Shown here piece by piece: positions 1 to 13,577 of a stretch of DNA of 64,000 bases (position 1 is its first letter; each line of letters opens with the position of its first letter). Source of the DNA: Rhizophagus irregularis (lineage: Eukaryota); NCBI RefSeq assembly GCF_026210795.1, contig NC_089430.1, forward strand, positions 124,001 through 188,000. The letters are read 5' to 3'. A model generated the notes under the pieces. It did no database searches, had not been told where the DNA came from, and saw only the letters and a program-made list of their open reading frames with translations. Both the position numbers and the translations under genes were made by a program.

Positions 1-3000
1 GAAAAGAATTTTAGCTGGAACAATTTCTGCAAAAGTAATACATGCATCAAAAGAAATTCTTATAGAAAAAGTTGATAAATAACGAAAAATTATCAGAGGA
101 CAAAATGAAATAATTGTTGGTCTAAAAGAGCGTCTAGAAGAAAAAATTAAAAAAGAAGAAGTAGAAGTATCAGATAATATTGCAAATATTACACATATTG
201 TTACTAAAGATGTTATTAATAAAAATATAAATTTTTCTACTCTTCATCCTATTTTTCAAGAACTCATTCGCATTCAAACTGGAAAACCAAAAGATATCAT
301 CTAATGTAAGATTAATTAATTGATAAATATTATATTAAATATAAAAAAAAATTTTATATATTTTTTAAATTTAGGTTTTTACATTGGGTTATATCTGTAT
401 ATAGTAAATCTGGTCATGCAACTTATGATGCAATGAAAGTAATTATGCGTTTACCATCAATTTCTACCCTCAAAAGCTATATTAATGAATGTGAGCAAAA
501 ATCAGGTTGGCAAAATAAAATTACTTATCAGATGTTAACTAGCTTAACAATAAACAAAATTTGGGAATATGGATGAGTGGGATTTTTTTTACATGATTCT
601 TTTAAGATTCAAAAAGGTAAATTATAATCATTGTTAAATTTATAAGTAAATTTTAATTAATTTTACTATATAAATTTATATTCTTTAGGTCTTTTTTGGA
701 ATCAACATAAAAATTGTTATGTTGGTTATTTGGATTTTGAAAATGAAATGCAAGATTATCAAGCATTTGCTATACAATGTCAGCAAGAAATAGAATCAAC
801 ATCAACAGAAAACAAATCTTTATTTGATGAACAAAAATATGGACTTGCAACTCAAGTTCATCAAATTGTTTGGCATTCAGTAACATATAACTTTGCATTT
901 CCTATATCATATTATGGTATTAATAATATAACAGCACATTGCTTAAACACATTAATTTTTAGTCTTGCAGCAAAACTGAAATGCGTAGGAATACATACAA
1001 TTGGTTCAGTTTGTGATGGAGCAGGAGAAAATAGAACTCATATTAAGAGTTTTGATTAGTATGCATCAAAATGGTCTTTTGGAGATTTAGTAGAAGTCAA
1101 TTTTAATAAAGATAAAAGATCTTTTTATGCAGCAAAAATTATAGATAATAATTTTAAAAGAACAAAGTTTACTGTATGTCAACTTGATTGTAATGATCCT
1201 AATAAAAAAATTGAAGTTAAACGAAACTTTATTCGTCCACCAATGCCTTTAAAATTAAAATGGAATGTTAATGAACGATGTGAATTTAAAAATTCAAGAG
1301 ATAACCAATGGTATTTAGGAAAAATCACTAAATTTGATCCAGTTGAATCAACATTATCTGTGAAAATTAAAAATACTAAAGAAGGTTGGAAAGTTTTTAG
1401 TTATCATATTGGTAAATTTCTTCGTCCTATTTATAATAGTCAAGAACTTTTAGTAAATCATAAAACAATTAATCCTATTACTGGTGAAAATTGGTTTTTT
1501 ATTAGTGATCCAACCCATGTTTTTAAAAAACTTAGAAACAATTTATCAAAAAGTCATACAGGTGAAAAAAATGCTAGAGAAATAATGTTTAAAAAAAGGA
1601 AATTAGTTGGAAATATATAAAAGGTGTATATGAATATACAAATCAACATACAACAGCAAAAGCTACAAAATTAACTAAATGACATATATGGTTAACCTTA
1701 TGGAGTAAAATGCATGTTGATTTTGCTGAACATACATTATCAAAAGAAGTTGAAGATGCATTAGCATCTATTAAAAAACTTAAGGAAATATCAAAGGAAA
1801 CAAGAGTAAGTAATTATTAAATTATTTTAATTATTTTATAAACTTATTTATTTAAATAAAATTAAAAAATTAATAATCATTTATTTTAAAGGATTATATT
1901 AAATATTCACGAAAGTATTATCAAATAATGCATAGTAAAATTAGTATCCAATCTTTGACAGATTCACATATTAATACTTTAATGGAAATTCGTAATTGGT
2001 TTATACTTGGTGATAAGTAAAAAACAGAATCTAAGGAATGGATTTCATTACAATGCCAATTTGATCTTATTTTATCTATCAATGGTTTTCTTGGAATGCT
2101 CACATTTTTTTTAAATAAATATCCAAATTCAATGATTCAACCAAAACGTATTTCTCAAGATATGCTTGAAGGACTTTTTGGTACAATTCGTGAACTTGGT
2201 AAAGATTCTTTTACACAAACACTTAAATCCTATAGACATTCCTTAAACAAATATCAAGTTACAAGATTAGTTACATCTGAAGTAAAAAGTTTTAATTATG
2301 GTGATGCAGATGGTACTGGAACTGGTATTACTACATTAGCAAGAAGGTAAATATTATTTATACATAAAAATATTATTTTTAAAATCATGTTCATTTAAAT
2401 ATTTTACAATTTAATAGAGACTATAGAAAAGATAAAAACAAATCAATAGATAATGAAAAAATAACTGTATAAATCAAAAATATTCTACTTGCTTAGAACA
2501 ATTATCATCTCTTTCTCACAATGTATTTGAAAGTATTTTTGCTGATAATTTAATTATGGGAAAAATTCAGATTCCATCAAAATCAAATAACGAAAATATT
2601 GATCAAGAAAATCATAGAATTCATCAACTTCAGGAAGAGCGACAAAATCTTATAGAAGCTATTTTCTATCAGGATTCTATTGATAAATTACTACAAAAAT
2701 GGCAAGATATTATTAAAAAAATAGCTTTTGATGCAATTTCCAAAAAAAAAAAAAATTCAATGGTTATCTAATTGGAATTTTTACCTTGAAACTTATCTTA
2801 ATAACTATCAATGCTCAGGGATTTGATACAAAGATTTTATTGCAGCAACTAATTTAAACAATTCTCCAACTCAAAGACTTGTTGCATATTTACTTTTAGA
2901 AAAAGTAATTGTGTTTACATTTAAAAGAACATCAAATAGTCAACTTTCAATAAACCATTATTTAATATCTGAAGAAATTATTGTCCTAGAACCAGAAGAA

Positions 3001-3811
3001 GCATCAAAATTCTCCTATATAGTTGGATGGATTATTTATAAGTTAACCAAAAACGATCATATAACAAAATTACATCCTGAATTTGAATCTATTTGTGTCC
3101 ATTTAAAGGCCTTAAATTTAGAATGAGTTGTATATGAACAGGATGTCCGATCTTAAACAACAAATGTAATTCCAGGACGTGAATTTTTAGAATTCATGTA
3201 TAAAATGGAATCATTAGTACTGCTATTATTTGAAAAGCATAAAGAATTTGGGCCTAATATACTTCAATATATACATAATAGTTTATTATATAACTCACCG
3301 TTATTGGAATCTTTTAAAACACTTTTCAATATTTCCAGCCAACTACCCTTCATTAATTCTAAAAAGCAAGAATTAAAGAATGATGTTAAAAAATTTCTTT
3401 ATGAGCGGATTATTACTATTTATATGAAGAGTAGACAAAAGTCATGGCGAAGATTTAATAATCTTATACCCGAAAAGAGAACTTCAAGCCTTCGAGAGAA
3501 TTTTAAATCCATGCGCAATAATATTCAAAGTTTGAAAAACAAAAATACATCAATGAAAAAATCCAATATTCCAAAAGACCCATTGCTTGGATTAGCACAA
3601 CTTCAAATATGGGTGCAATTGGATAATGCAGAAGAATTGTTTTCAAAAACATTTCTGGTGATTGAATTACAATGGTTACTTTGGGCATTTGGAGTTAAAT
3701 AAAAATGAAAAGAGAAAAAAGAGTTTAATACCTTTAATTTTAGAACACTTAAAAAAAGGCATTTCTTTTTCTAAAGAAGCTATATCAAAGAGAGAATTAT
3801 TTGCAGTTTGA
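1..3811 (+). pseudogene. P-element/THAP9-like transposase pseudogene with multiple stops and frameshifts
   Basis: Motifs LPSISTLKSY, HDSFKIQK, CDGAGENR, SDPTHVFKKLRNNL, RISQDMLEGLFGTIRELG and FSYIVGWIIYKL. Intron positions match copy 2. Confidence 0.9.
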
Positions 3812-4197
3812 ATTATAGAGAATATTAATAATGAAGCCGTGTAGTTATCATTGTTCTTAATAAATGTGAAAGTGCGTCCTGAAAGTACATTAAACATAAT
3901 GTTACTATAAATTAGACTTAATTCCAAAAAAAGAAATAATATTGCAATAGCTATAGTGGTCCAATTTGAGTAAAAACACTTCGCTTATATAGAGCTAGCG
4001 TGAGTAAACTTAACTTTTTAGATCAGCTGCTTTTCAGTATATGTGTGTCGAGAAAATTAAAAAAAAGTAAAAATTTTCACGTAATTTAGTATGAAAATTT
4101 GTCTGTATAACCAATTTTATGAGTGACAGTTCTGTCGGTCACTGATCAGTCTGTGTAATATTTGAGTTGGCCCCTCGTATATTTATCTAACCCCTAG
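1..4197 (+). mobile_element. P-superfamily DNA transposon, decayed copy; left end lies outside the window
   Basis: Colinear with the 55466-61006 element over the coding region and the subterminal region. The right TIR ends ...atttatctaacccctag at 4197, resembling ...tttacctatcccctag at 61006. Confidence 0.88.
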
Positions 4198-4798
4198 GTA
4201 TAACCTTATTATTTTATTTTAATATCCTATGGGCGGCGTGTCACAACATCAAACCACTATGACAATCAAATTTTTTAGTATCCTCCTACCCCCTAAAGAA
4301 GCCACTGACATGTTGAGTTCGTATAATATCTATACTTGGTTTAAAATAAAAATTAGTTACAAAAATTACAAAACATTATTTTCTTACCAAAAATTATTTT
4401 AAAATCTTGAACTTAATAATATAATATTAATTAATTCTCAAGCGTACAATGAGCATATTCATATTTGAATAACTTTTTAATAATTAATATTTTAATATTA
4501 TTTTATTTGAGCCAAAAATTGACTGCAGAATTTTCTATTGAAATCTACTTGTATTTATACATTTTTTAAAAAAATTATTTCTAATATTTCTAATATTTAC
4601 TACCTTTCTTCTAATAAAACTTGAAGATCTATTATCATATGACTATCTCGTTACACTAAACTAAACTATAAATATAATTTTATTGGCTAATTATTTACCC
4701 ATCAGCTAATTATTTATCCTTCAGCTAATTATTTATCCTTATTCTATTTTATTGTATTTTCAGTTATTACAGTATTAAAATTTCAAAATCAATGATCA

Positions 4799-5485
4799 CT
4801 CAGGTGATAAGGGGGTGACAGGTTGGGTACCGCAGTTTTTGCAGTATACTGATCATGGTAGTCATATGTTGGACTATCATTGGATTGACTTATCTAGGTA
4901 GATCTTAGGTTGAAAGATCGTTAGCAATGAGGTGGGTGTTCTCCATTTGGGATCATTTGTAATGAGGTAGATGTCCCCTTAGGATTGCATAATACTAAAA
5001 AGTTCTCCATTGGCTGGATTGCATGACACTAAAAAGTTCCCGAAGGCCTTTGTGAAGTAGGTTTGTTATCCATAGTATATAGTCAAATAGGGGAAATTGA
5101 ATTTTATGCGTTTCTGATAGTGCTAATGGTAGCTCAAAGGTTCTTTATCAATTCTAGGAGTGAGTATGGTACTTGATAGGTTACGTATAGTATAGTTGAC
5201 TTTACTCATTTTGAAATAGATTTGAAAGAAGTAGCCGTAGTTATTTGCATAGAAAGAGTGGGGTTTTATAATCTTAGCTTCTCTTTATATGTAATTTCAG
5301 AAGATTATTTATTCTTTGTTTTTCTATTAGTTCTGCACTTGTTGTAGTTCTTTTTAGAATACTCTGTATTCTCTAAAATGACTTATGGCATTAATTAATA
5401 AAATTCAAGCTCAAGCTATGTTTGCCCAGTTTTTGAACAGTGAATGCATTATTACAAAATCAAAAAAAAAAAAAAAAAAAAAAAA
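4799..5485 (+). mobile_element. Possible 3' remnant of a non-LTR retroelement
   Basis: Abruptly more GC-rich segment ending in a long poly(A) run (5462-5485). No TSD or ORF recognised. Confidence 0.3.
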
Positions 5486-7333
5486 TTGCCAAATTTTGTA
5501 TTACACAAATGTTATATAACATAATTTGGATTAATACTATGAATTTAGCCTGATTTAAAATTTTAATAGATATCCATCATAAAATGGAAGTATAATGGAC
5601 ATATTTTATATTACTTTGCCGATTATTTACCGATCACATTTTTCTTATTATTAAAAACAATTAAAAATTTTAAAAAAGTATTTAGCAAAGTAAATTTCTA
5701 ACAAAATAAATTAAAAGTATGGCTAGTGCTTCAATCCGTTTCTGTCTCATCCGGATGAATTTGGATAAATCCAGATTTTTTTTTATCCGGATATCTGGAT
5801 TTTAACCCAGATTTTGATCCAAATGGAAAATATCTGGTTTGAACCAGAATCTGAATAAGTTTTCATATATATTTACTATATTCACGTAATATATCACTAT
5901 TCAATAATCGTAAAAGACGATTAATAGCTTATTGGAATCATCTTATCATCGCATCGATAACTTTCAAATGGTACTAAAATGAGCTTTCTAGCTTCGATAG
6001 ATAATGAGATAATTTTTAAAATATTTACATAAATAACTTGCTATCTATTGATGCTAGAAAGGTTATTTTGGTACTATTTGAAAGCTCTCTATAGGTGGAT
6101 TCTAATGATCCATTAATCATTTTTTTACGATCACTGGATAGCGAGTTATTGCGTGAAAACAGTTCTAACTAATTAGAAAAGAACTGTAAAATAGTTTTTT
6201 TTTAAATGTAAAATATATTTAAATGTTCTTTATTTTATTAACTTTAAAAATGTAAAAAATACACCTTTTCAATTCAAATATGAAGATAAAAAAAAATTTA
6301 AAAAATAAAAAATTTTGCTAAATTGTTAAAGTATTTGAAAAAAAAATACAAAATAAAAAAATTAATTATTTACCATTCTTCTGATTCAAATTTAGGCAAA
6401 AATTCCTCTATAAAGTCTTCTTTTTTCACATTTAAGTCTGGAGAAAATACATTAATATATTTCATAGTTTGCATATTACGCTTTAAAAATATCATTTTTT
6501 CTAATAAATCAGAATCTAATGAATTTCTTTTTGCTGTAATATGGTTTCCTGCATCTGAAAAAAAACATTCAGAAGATACAGAAGTAGCAGGAATACCTAA
6601 GTATTTTTCTGCAAGTAAGGAGAGAATAGAAAAAATTTCACATTTACCCTATAAAAAATATGTATATAGTTTTTATACTGTATATACGTATTTTTGATAC
6701 AGTTTGCATTTTTACATATGGCATATCAGTATAATGTATACTGTTCGCAAAATGTGTTTAGTAAAAAATACAATAAAGTATATGGTAAACATACTGTGTG
6801 ATACAGTATATTAAATTCATACGTCTATAACGTATATCATTTCTACTGTATATCAGTATTTTGTATACGGTTCACAAAAATATTGTAAATAAAGGATACG
6901 GTATACAGTCAACTCCCTCTATAGTCACTTCCATTATAGTCACATTCTACTATATAGTCACACCAGTTGAATGTTCAAAACACTTTATTATTAAAATCTA
7001 TCCTATATAGTCACAAACTATCTATAGTCACTATCACACCTATCCTCAAAAATCTTATATTAAAAAGAACCATTTATAATCACAGTTATATAAAGAATAT
7101 ATTAAATAACTTGGCATCTAATAATCGTACAAAGATGTACCATAGCTTGTTAGAATCGTCTCACTGAGACGAATCGAATGGTGGTAGTTTTATCCTTTTA
7201 CGATTACTGGCTGATGAGTTATTCAACAAAATGTTAAGCATCAGCATTATTATATTCCTTGATTTACGTTTACTGCGCAATTTAACATTTTGCTAAATAT
7301 CTCGGTACCTAGTGATTGTAAAAAGACGATTAA

Positions 7334-8313
7334 AAAGGGTTGATCACCCTATCTCAGTGGTTAGTCACTGAGACCCTCATTAAGCCTGAGTATGGTGAGG
7401 TCGCAGGTTCAATTCCGCTGATCACGGAAATTAAACGAATTTTACTGCGGACGCTACAACCAATAGCGTGAAGGTACAGGGATTAGTGTAGTTGGACTGC
7501 ATCATGGTGAATTAGTATGTACAGTTAGGCTGCACATTTCAACTAAGAGTCATGGTGTCCTTCTAACGTTCCTTATGAGGCCATTGGCATGTACGCAGTC
7601 CTGTCCTTGAGGTCACTACTATACCTTGGGGGGACTTCCTGTCCGGGTGGTCACTCTACGATACCACTTGGGGTCAGTAATGGCTAGATGGTCATCCTAG
7701 ATGGTAAAGCTGAGGGTGCAATGTCTTAGTGGTAGTTTGACCTTCTGTTAGGTCTTAGACCAAGCCAAGGTGTTCATGCAGCAGAACAGGTAGCATGGTT
7801 ACGGAGGTTCGATTCCCTACTCTTTGGGTCCTGGTTGGTGATCCCTGGTGGTTGATACCCACCATAAGGGGTGATCCTGGACAGATGCCTGCTACTTCCT
7901 GTCCGAGTGGTCACTACAAAGTATACCACTTGGGGTAAATAACTGTACTATCGGTGCTGGGTAATCGCGGGCTGTAGTGGCCTTTGAGTGAGACTTAGTA
8001 CCTAAAATGGTGGTATGGAAGGGTACTGGATGGTTGATATTACCTGTCAAAAGTCCTCCATGAAAGTAGGTGCTCTCTAAAGGTCGTAAAATAAATTGAG
8101 TACCAGTATCATGCAATAGATTAAGGATGAGTAGGCGGCGTGTACCTAGCTTCAGATCAGCCTAAAATGGCCTGATGGGAGATGTCTTCTAAGTGGTGCT
8201 GTTCCTGAGGAATTAAGTACTCGGTATTATGGTGCCCATGAAGATGATAGGACACAGACCCGAGATTAGTCTCATAAGAGGCAATGGGTGGTCTGGCCGT
8301 AAACACTAGCAAA
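7334..8313 (+). mobile_element. tRNA-derived SINE-like retroposon, copy 1
   Basis: A-box-like TATCTCAGTGGTTAG (7350) and B-box GGTTCAATTCC (7406) in a cloverleaf-like head. GC-rich. Flanked by 16-bp direct repeats GTAAAAAGACGATTAA (7318-7333, 8314-8329). Confidence 0.7.
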
Positions 8314-8329
8314 GTAAAAAGACGATTAA

Positions 8330-9303
8330 AGGGTTGATCACCATATCTCAGTGGTTAGTCACTGAGACCCTCATTAAGCCTGAGTATGGTGAGGTCGCAG
8401 GTTCAATTCCGCCGATCACGGAAATTAAACGAATTTTACTGCAAACGCTACAACCAATAGCGTGAAGGTACAGGGATTAGTGTAGTTGGACTGCATCATG
8501 GTGAATTAGTGTGTACAGTTAGGCTGCACATTTCAACTAAGGGTCATGGTGTCCTTCTAACGTTCCCTATAAGGCCATTGGCATGTGCGCAGTCCTGTCC
8601 TTGAGGTCACTACTATACCTTGGGGGGACTTCCTGTCCGAGTGGTTACTCTACGATACCACTTGGGGTCAGTAATGGCTAGATGGTCGTCCTAGATGGTA
8701 AAGCTGAGGGTGCAATGTCTTAGTGGTAGTTTGACCTTCTGTTAGGTCTTAGAGCAACCAAGGTGTTCGTGCACAGAACAGGTAGCATGGTTATGGGGTT
8801 CGATTCCCTACTCTTTGGGTCCTGGTTGGTGATCCCTGGTGGTTGATACCACCATAAGGGGTGATCCTGGACAGATGCCTGCTACTTCCTGTCCGAGTGG
8901 TCACTACAAAGTATACCACTTGGGGTAAACAACTGTACTATTGGTGCTAGGTAATCGCGGGCTGTAGTGGCCTTTGAATGAGACTTAGTACCTAAAATGG
9001 TGGTATGTAAGGGTACTGGATGGTTGATGTTACCTGTCGAAAGTCCTCCATGAAAGTAGGTGCTCTCTAAAGGTCGTAAAATAAATTGAGTACCAGTATC
9101 ATGCAATGGATTAAGGATGAGTAGGCAACGTGTATTTAGCTTCAGATCAGCCTAAAATGGCCCGATGGGGGATGTCTTCTAAGTGGTGCTGTTCCTGAGG
9201 AATTAAGTACTCGGTATTATGGTGCCCATGAAGATGATAGGACACAGACCCGAGATTAGTCTCATAAGAGGCAATGGGTGGTCTGGCCGTAAACACTAGC
9301 AAA
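8330..9303 (+). mobile_element. tRNA-derived SINE-like retroposon, copy 2
   Basis: Closely similar but not identical to 7334-8313. Flanked by the same 16-bp repeat (8314-8329, 9304-9319). Confidence 0.7.
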
Positions 9304-9913
9304 GTAAAAAGACGATTAATAGCTCGTTGGAATCGCCTCATCAAGACGAATCGAATGGTGGTAAGATCATCTCTCTATGATCAATATTGACGGAGTTACT
9401 ACTTAAAAACTATTTAATATTTTTTAATTTCGGAAATTGATCTAGTGATTGGATTTCGATGTATTTTATACCATTAGATTCGTCGCATCAAGACGAATCG
9501 AATGGTAGTAAGATCGTCTCTCTAGGATCAATATTAGCAGAGTTATTACACAAAAACCATTAATATTTTTTTAATTTCGGAAATTAATCTAGTGATTGGA
9601 TTTCGATGTATTTTATACCATTAGAACCGTCTCATCAAGACGAATCGAATGGCGGTAAGATCATCTCTCTACGATTAATATTGGAGGAGTTACAATACAA
9701 TAAAGTTTTAAGTATAATTTTGGCCGGAATTATGTTAATTTTTGGCCGGAATTATGATATACTAATATAAGAAATTTTTTATATAGTCACATCTCTTTAT
9801 AATCACCAAATATGGACTGTCCCAAATGTGTGACTATAAAGAGAGTTGACTGTATGTATTATTCTACAGTATGTTAAAATTCATATGTTTATAACGTATT
9901 TTCTACAGATATA

Positions 9914-11297
9914 CACAGGTCAAATAAATAAAAATCAGATTTTTGCCCTTTTTAATATGGCTGTCTGATTTTTTGGCAATTTTAATATAATATTTCCGAT
10001 TTTAATAAATATTTCTAATTTTAATATAATATTTCTGATTTTTAACATGAAATTGCCGATTTTTGGTTATTTGTAATAGGATTTTTCAATTTTAATATAT
10101 AACATGTGATTATATATTATGGTTTAATATTTATTTATTAACTTAGATTTTTTTTTATTTCAGTTATAATTATTTTTTTGCTTCAAAAACTTTACTAAAA
10201 TACTTTTTAAATACTATATAAAATAGAATTAAAATATTTTTTTTCTTAAATATAAATACATTTAAATTAAATAACTCATAATTTAAAATATAAACAAATA
10301 TTATATTTTTTTTACATATATTTCAAAGTATAGTTTAAGCATTTTGGCTGAAGTAAATCTTATTCTTTTAATTAAAAGTAGTTTAGTAAGTTTAAAACTG
10401 TTAAGATCATAAAAGTACAGTTAATATTTTTGGAATTATTTACATTTTTTATATTATACAGTAGTATTAAGTTACAAATTTTTTTACCTTCAGAGCGTAT
10501 TTTGAGATCTTTAGCCAAAGTAAATCAACTTCTTATATTAATTGTAAGTTGTTCGGCAGGTTAAAATCTACTTGGATATTAATTTTCACGAAGGTACAGT
10601 TAATACTTGATGAGTTATTTACAATTTTCACAACAGTACTTATTTACAAATTTTATTTTTTTCATTTTGTCACTTCAGAGTGTATTTTGAGCACTTTATC
10701 CAAAGTAAACCAACTTCTTATATTAATTGAAAGTTGTTTAGCATGTCAAAATCTACTTGGATGTTAATTTTTACGAAGGTACAGTTAATACTTAATGAGT
10801 TATTCACGATTTTCACAATGGTACTTATTTACGAATTTTATTTTTCTATTTTGTTACTTCAGAGTGTATTTTAAGCACTTTAGCCAAAGTAAATCGACTT
10901 CTTTTATTAATTAAAAATTGTTCAGCAGCTTAGAATCTACTTGAATATTTATTTTAATGAAGGCACAGTTAATATTTGTGGAGTTATTAATTTTTTATAA
11001 TTGTGCATAATATATTGAATTACAAGTAAATTTATATACTTAATGTATTTTGTTTAAAATTTAATTATTTAAGATTAGTTTTTTATTTAATATTGCTTAA
11101 TAAAATATTTTTTAAATTTTAATTTAATATTACAATATAATTTTTTATAAAAATATATATTTCATAATGTATATACAATTTTTTTGTATAGTGAAAAAAC
11201 TGAAAAATGTGGTTAAGAATGGGTAATACGGCTGTAAAAAGTCACAAATCGGACAAATATAGCTAAAATCAGCCAATTTTTATTTATTTGACGTGTG
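9914..11297. mobile_element. Non-autonomous CAC-terminated (CMC-like) TIR element
   Basis: TIRs CACAGGTCAAATAAATAAAAAT / ATTTTTATTTATTTGACGTGTG; 3-bp TSD ATA. Confidence 0.75.
10400..10990. repeat. About 3 diverged tandem copies of a ~184-bp unit
   Basis: CTTCAGAG...CCAAAGTAAA recurs at about 10488, 10673 and 10857. Confidence 0.8.
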
Positions 11298-11499
11298 ATA
11301 GAGTAAGTTTTTCTACACTTTAAAGCATCAAACAATACTAGTATCTGCTAATATGTACTACCTAAAAACTCACTGATGTAAAATCACAATTATTAAAAAA
11401 TTCACAAGAATTTTTGTTAATACTGTTTAATTTTTAAGTTCAAAGTCCGATTGATAATACTAAATTCAAAACTCAATTATAAATCATTTTTATAAATTA

Positions 11500-11710
11500 T
11501 AATTTAAAAATTAAGCAGTATTAAGGAAAATTCTCATGAATTTTTCTTAATACTACTTAATTCTAATTTAACTAATTTAGTATTAAGGTTTTAATTTAAA
11601 AATTAAGCAGTATTAAGGAAAATTCTCATGAATTTTTCTTAATACTACTTAATTCTAATTTAACTAATTTAGTATTAAGGTTTTAATTTAAAAATTAAGC
11701 AGTATTAAGA
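11500..11710. repeat. 92-bp tandem repeat, about 2.2 copies
   Basis: TTAAGCAGTATTAAG at 11511, 11603 and 11695 with near-identical intervening sequence. Confidence 0.85.
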
Positions 11711-12336
11711 AAAATTTTTACAAATTTTCTTATTAAAAAAAAGAACTTTTAAATTACTAATTAAACTTTAAAAACAATCTGTATGATTTAAATTTTAAAA
11801 AAAACACTTCTGCTTTTTAATTTCCGCATTTCTATATTTAACCAATTAAAATTCAGCTGATCGCTGATCACATGCATTAATAACACGTTATTGTTTATTT
11901 TTTGTTTATTTTTTCAAAAATATTCTTTTCTCTTCTTTTTTTTTAGAAAAAAAAGACAATAAAAATGAATACCAAAATTATTTTAACATATAATAATAAA
12001 AATTAAATAAAAAACTTATTTTGATAATATATAATATATATTTGTACCAAACTACTAATTATACAAAAAGTGATATGCACGTATATCAATTAACAATTAC
12101 TTTCACTAATATCTCTCAGGAATTGTAATGTGAATTTTAACAATATTAATTAAACAACTATATGTACACCGTTTTATGTTTTTATTTTTATATTAATATT
12201 ATATGTTAAGATATATTAATTATATTTTTTTTTTTACTTTTATGTATTTTATTTAATTTTTTTAATATATTACTAACATTATTACTACTATCGTTTTATT
12301 ACTTTTTTATATCTAACTAATATATTAATAAGAGTA

Positions 12337-12481
12337 AATTTATTCATCGCACGTGCGATGCATCGCCACTTTCCTTTTTTGTAAATTATTTATGTTGATC
12401 AACCTGCTTATACATCGCCACCCCCCTTAAAATGGCAATGATAAACATAAAAATTTGCATCGCACGTACGATAAATAAATT
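12337..12481. mobile_element. Small MITE-like inverted repeat element
   Basis: 26-bp imperfect inverted repeat AATTTATTCATCGCACGTGCGATGCA / TGCATCGCACGTACGATAAATAAATT. Confidence 0.55.
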
Positions 12482-13577
12482 ATTTCTATTAATAATATTA
12501 CTAACTTTTTATTATTTCTTTTTTATATTTAAAATAATGATAATATTACTAATTAAATTTCTTTTTTTTTACTAACCTTTTATTATTCCTTTTTTATATT
12601 TAAAATAATGATAATATTACTAATTAAATTTCTTTTTTTTTGTTTATATTTTGCTAATATTATTTTTTTTACAAATAGTATATTATTTTATACTAGTTTT
12701 TTATTTATATTATTTATAAAAAATATTTGTATATTTAATATTATTTAATAAAAATTTTATTGATTATAAATGCATTTTAAATTCTGTTTGCAAATATAAA
12801 ATATACAATTTAATTGAATAATATATACTATTTATCAGTACAAAATATGCAGTTTAAACTGGAAAAAAGTACTGTTTATCAGTATAAAATATACGGTTTA
12901 TCCTGGAAAAGTATACTGTTCGCAATATAAAATATAAAACAATATACTGTTTATTAATATAAAACATACAGTTTTCCTACTGTTTACAAGTATAAAACAT
13001 ACGGATAAAACTGGAAAAATATACTGTATGCAAACCATATATATGATATGGTGTGCAGAATACCGAATATATACAGTATGTGAAAATACTGTAATTATAC
13101 GGTAATAATACTATAAATATACTGTTCGCAAAATACGAAAATACAGTATACTAACTGTATATATATTTTTTATAGGGTTAGCTCACCACCAATCTAATGG
13201 ATTTTTATTTTTTCTGGCAGTTGGCATAAGAAAATAACTAGTAATTTCATCTTCCATTACTGATGATTTAGGTTTTTCTGTTTATTGAAATACTTCTTTT
13301 GTTTTTTATTCTCATCTTGCTCTATGATCACGTAAAGATTTACCTGAAGTTGAACTTTTAGAAGAACTTTCAGCAATTAAACTTTCAGTATCAGTTGAAG
13401 TAATAGTAGTTGTAGGTGATGATGGGATACTTTATTAACTTATATTCCATTTTAGTTGATCATATTTTTCTCTTAATCTAGAATGAATTCTTTTTTTTGT
13501 ATCTTCTTCAGATATAAAATCTAGGCTTTTATATCTTGGATCCAAAAGTGTTGTCATAATACCAAATTTATGTGATA

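Larger units (their letters stand above)
6906..9852. mobile_element. Non-autonomous Tc1/mariner/pogo-type element
   Basis: TIRs CAGTCAACTCCCTCTATAGTCAC / GTGACTATAAAGAGAGTTGACTG flanked by TA. Confidence 0.85.
6647..13177. mobile_element. Non-autonomous CACTA/CMC-like TIR element with CCCTA termini
   Basis: TIRs CCCTATAAAAAATAT / ATATTTTTTATAGGG, 3-bp TSD TTA, TACTGTATA-type subterminal repeats. It splits the hAT dimerisation domain. Confidence 0.82.

Noticed and set aside
6323..6697. 124-aa plus-strand ORF
   Set aside because: Shadow of the minus-strand hAT dimerisation domain.
7340..7425. Functional tRNA gene
   Set aside because: The A and B boxes are present, but the arms are non-canonical, there is no clear anticodon loop, and it sits at the head of a TSD-flanked repeat.
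7334..9303. LTR pair of an LTR retrotransposon
   Set aside because: No TG...CA ends and no internal region or PBS/PPT. The 16-bp flanking repeats are too long for an LTR integrase TSD.
7892..9344. Short minus-strand ORFs of 65-74 aa
   Set aside because: Antisense to the SINE-like repeat, with no recognisable motifs. They recur only because the DNA is duplicated.
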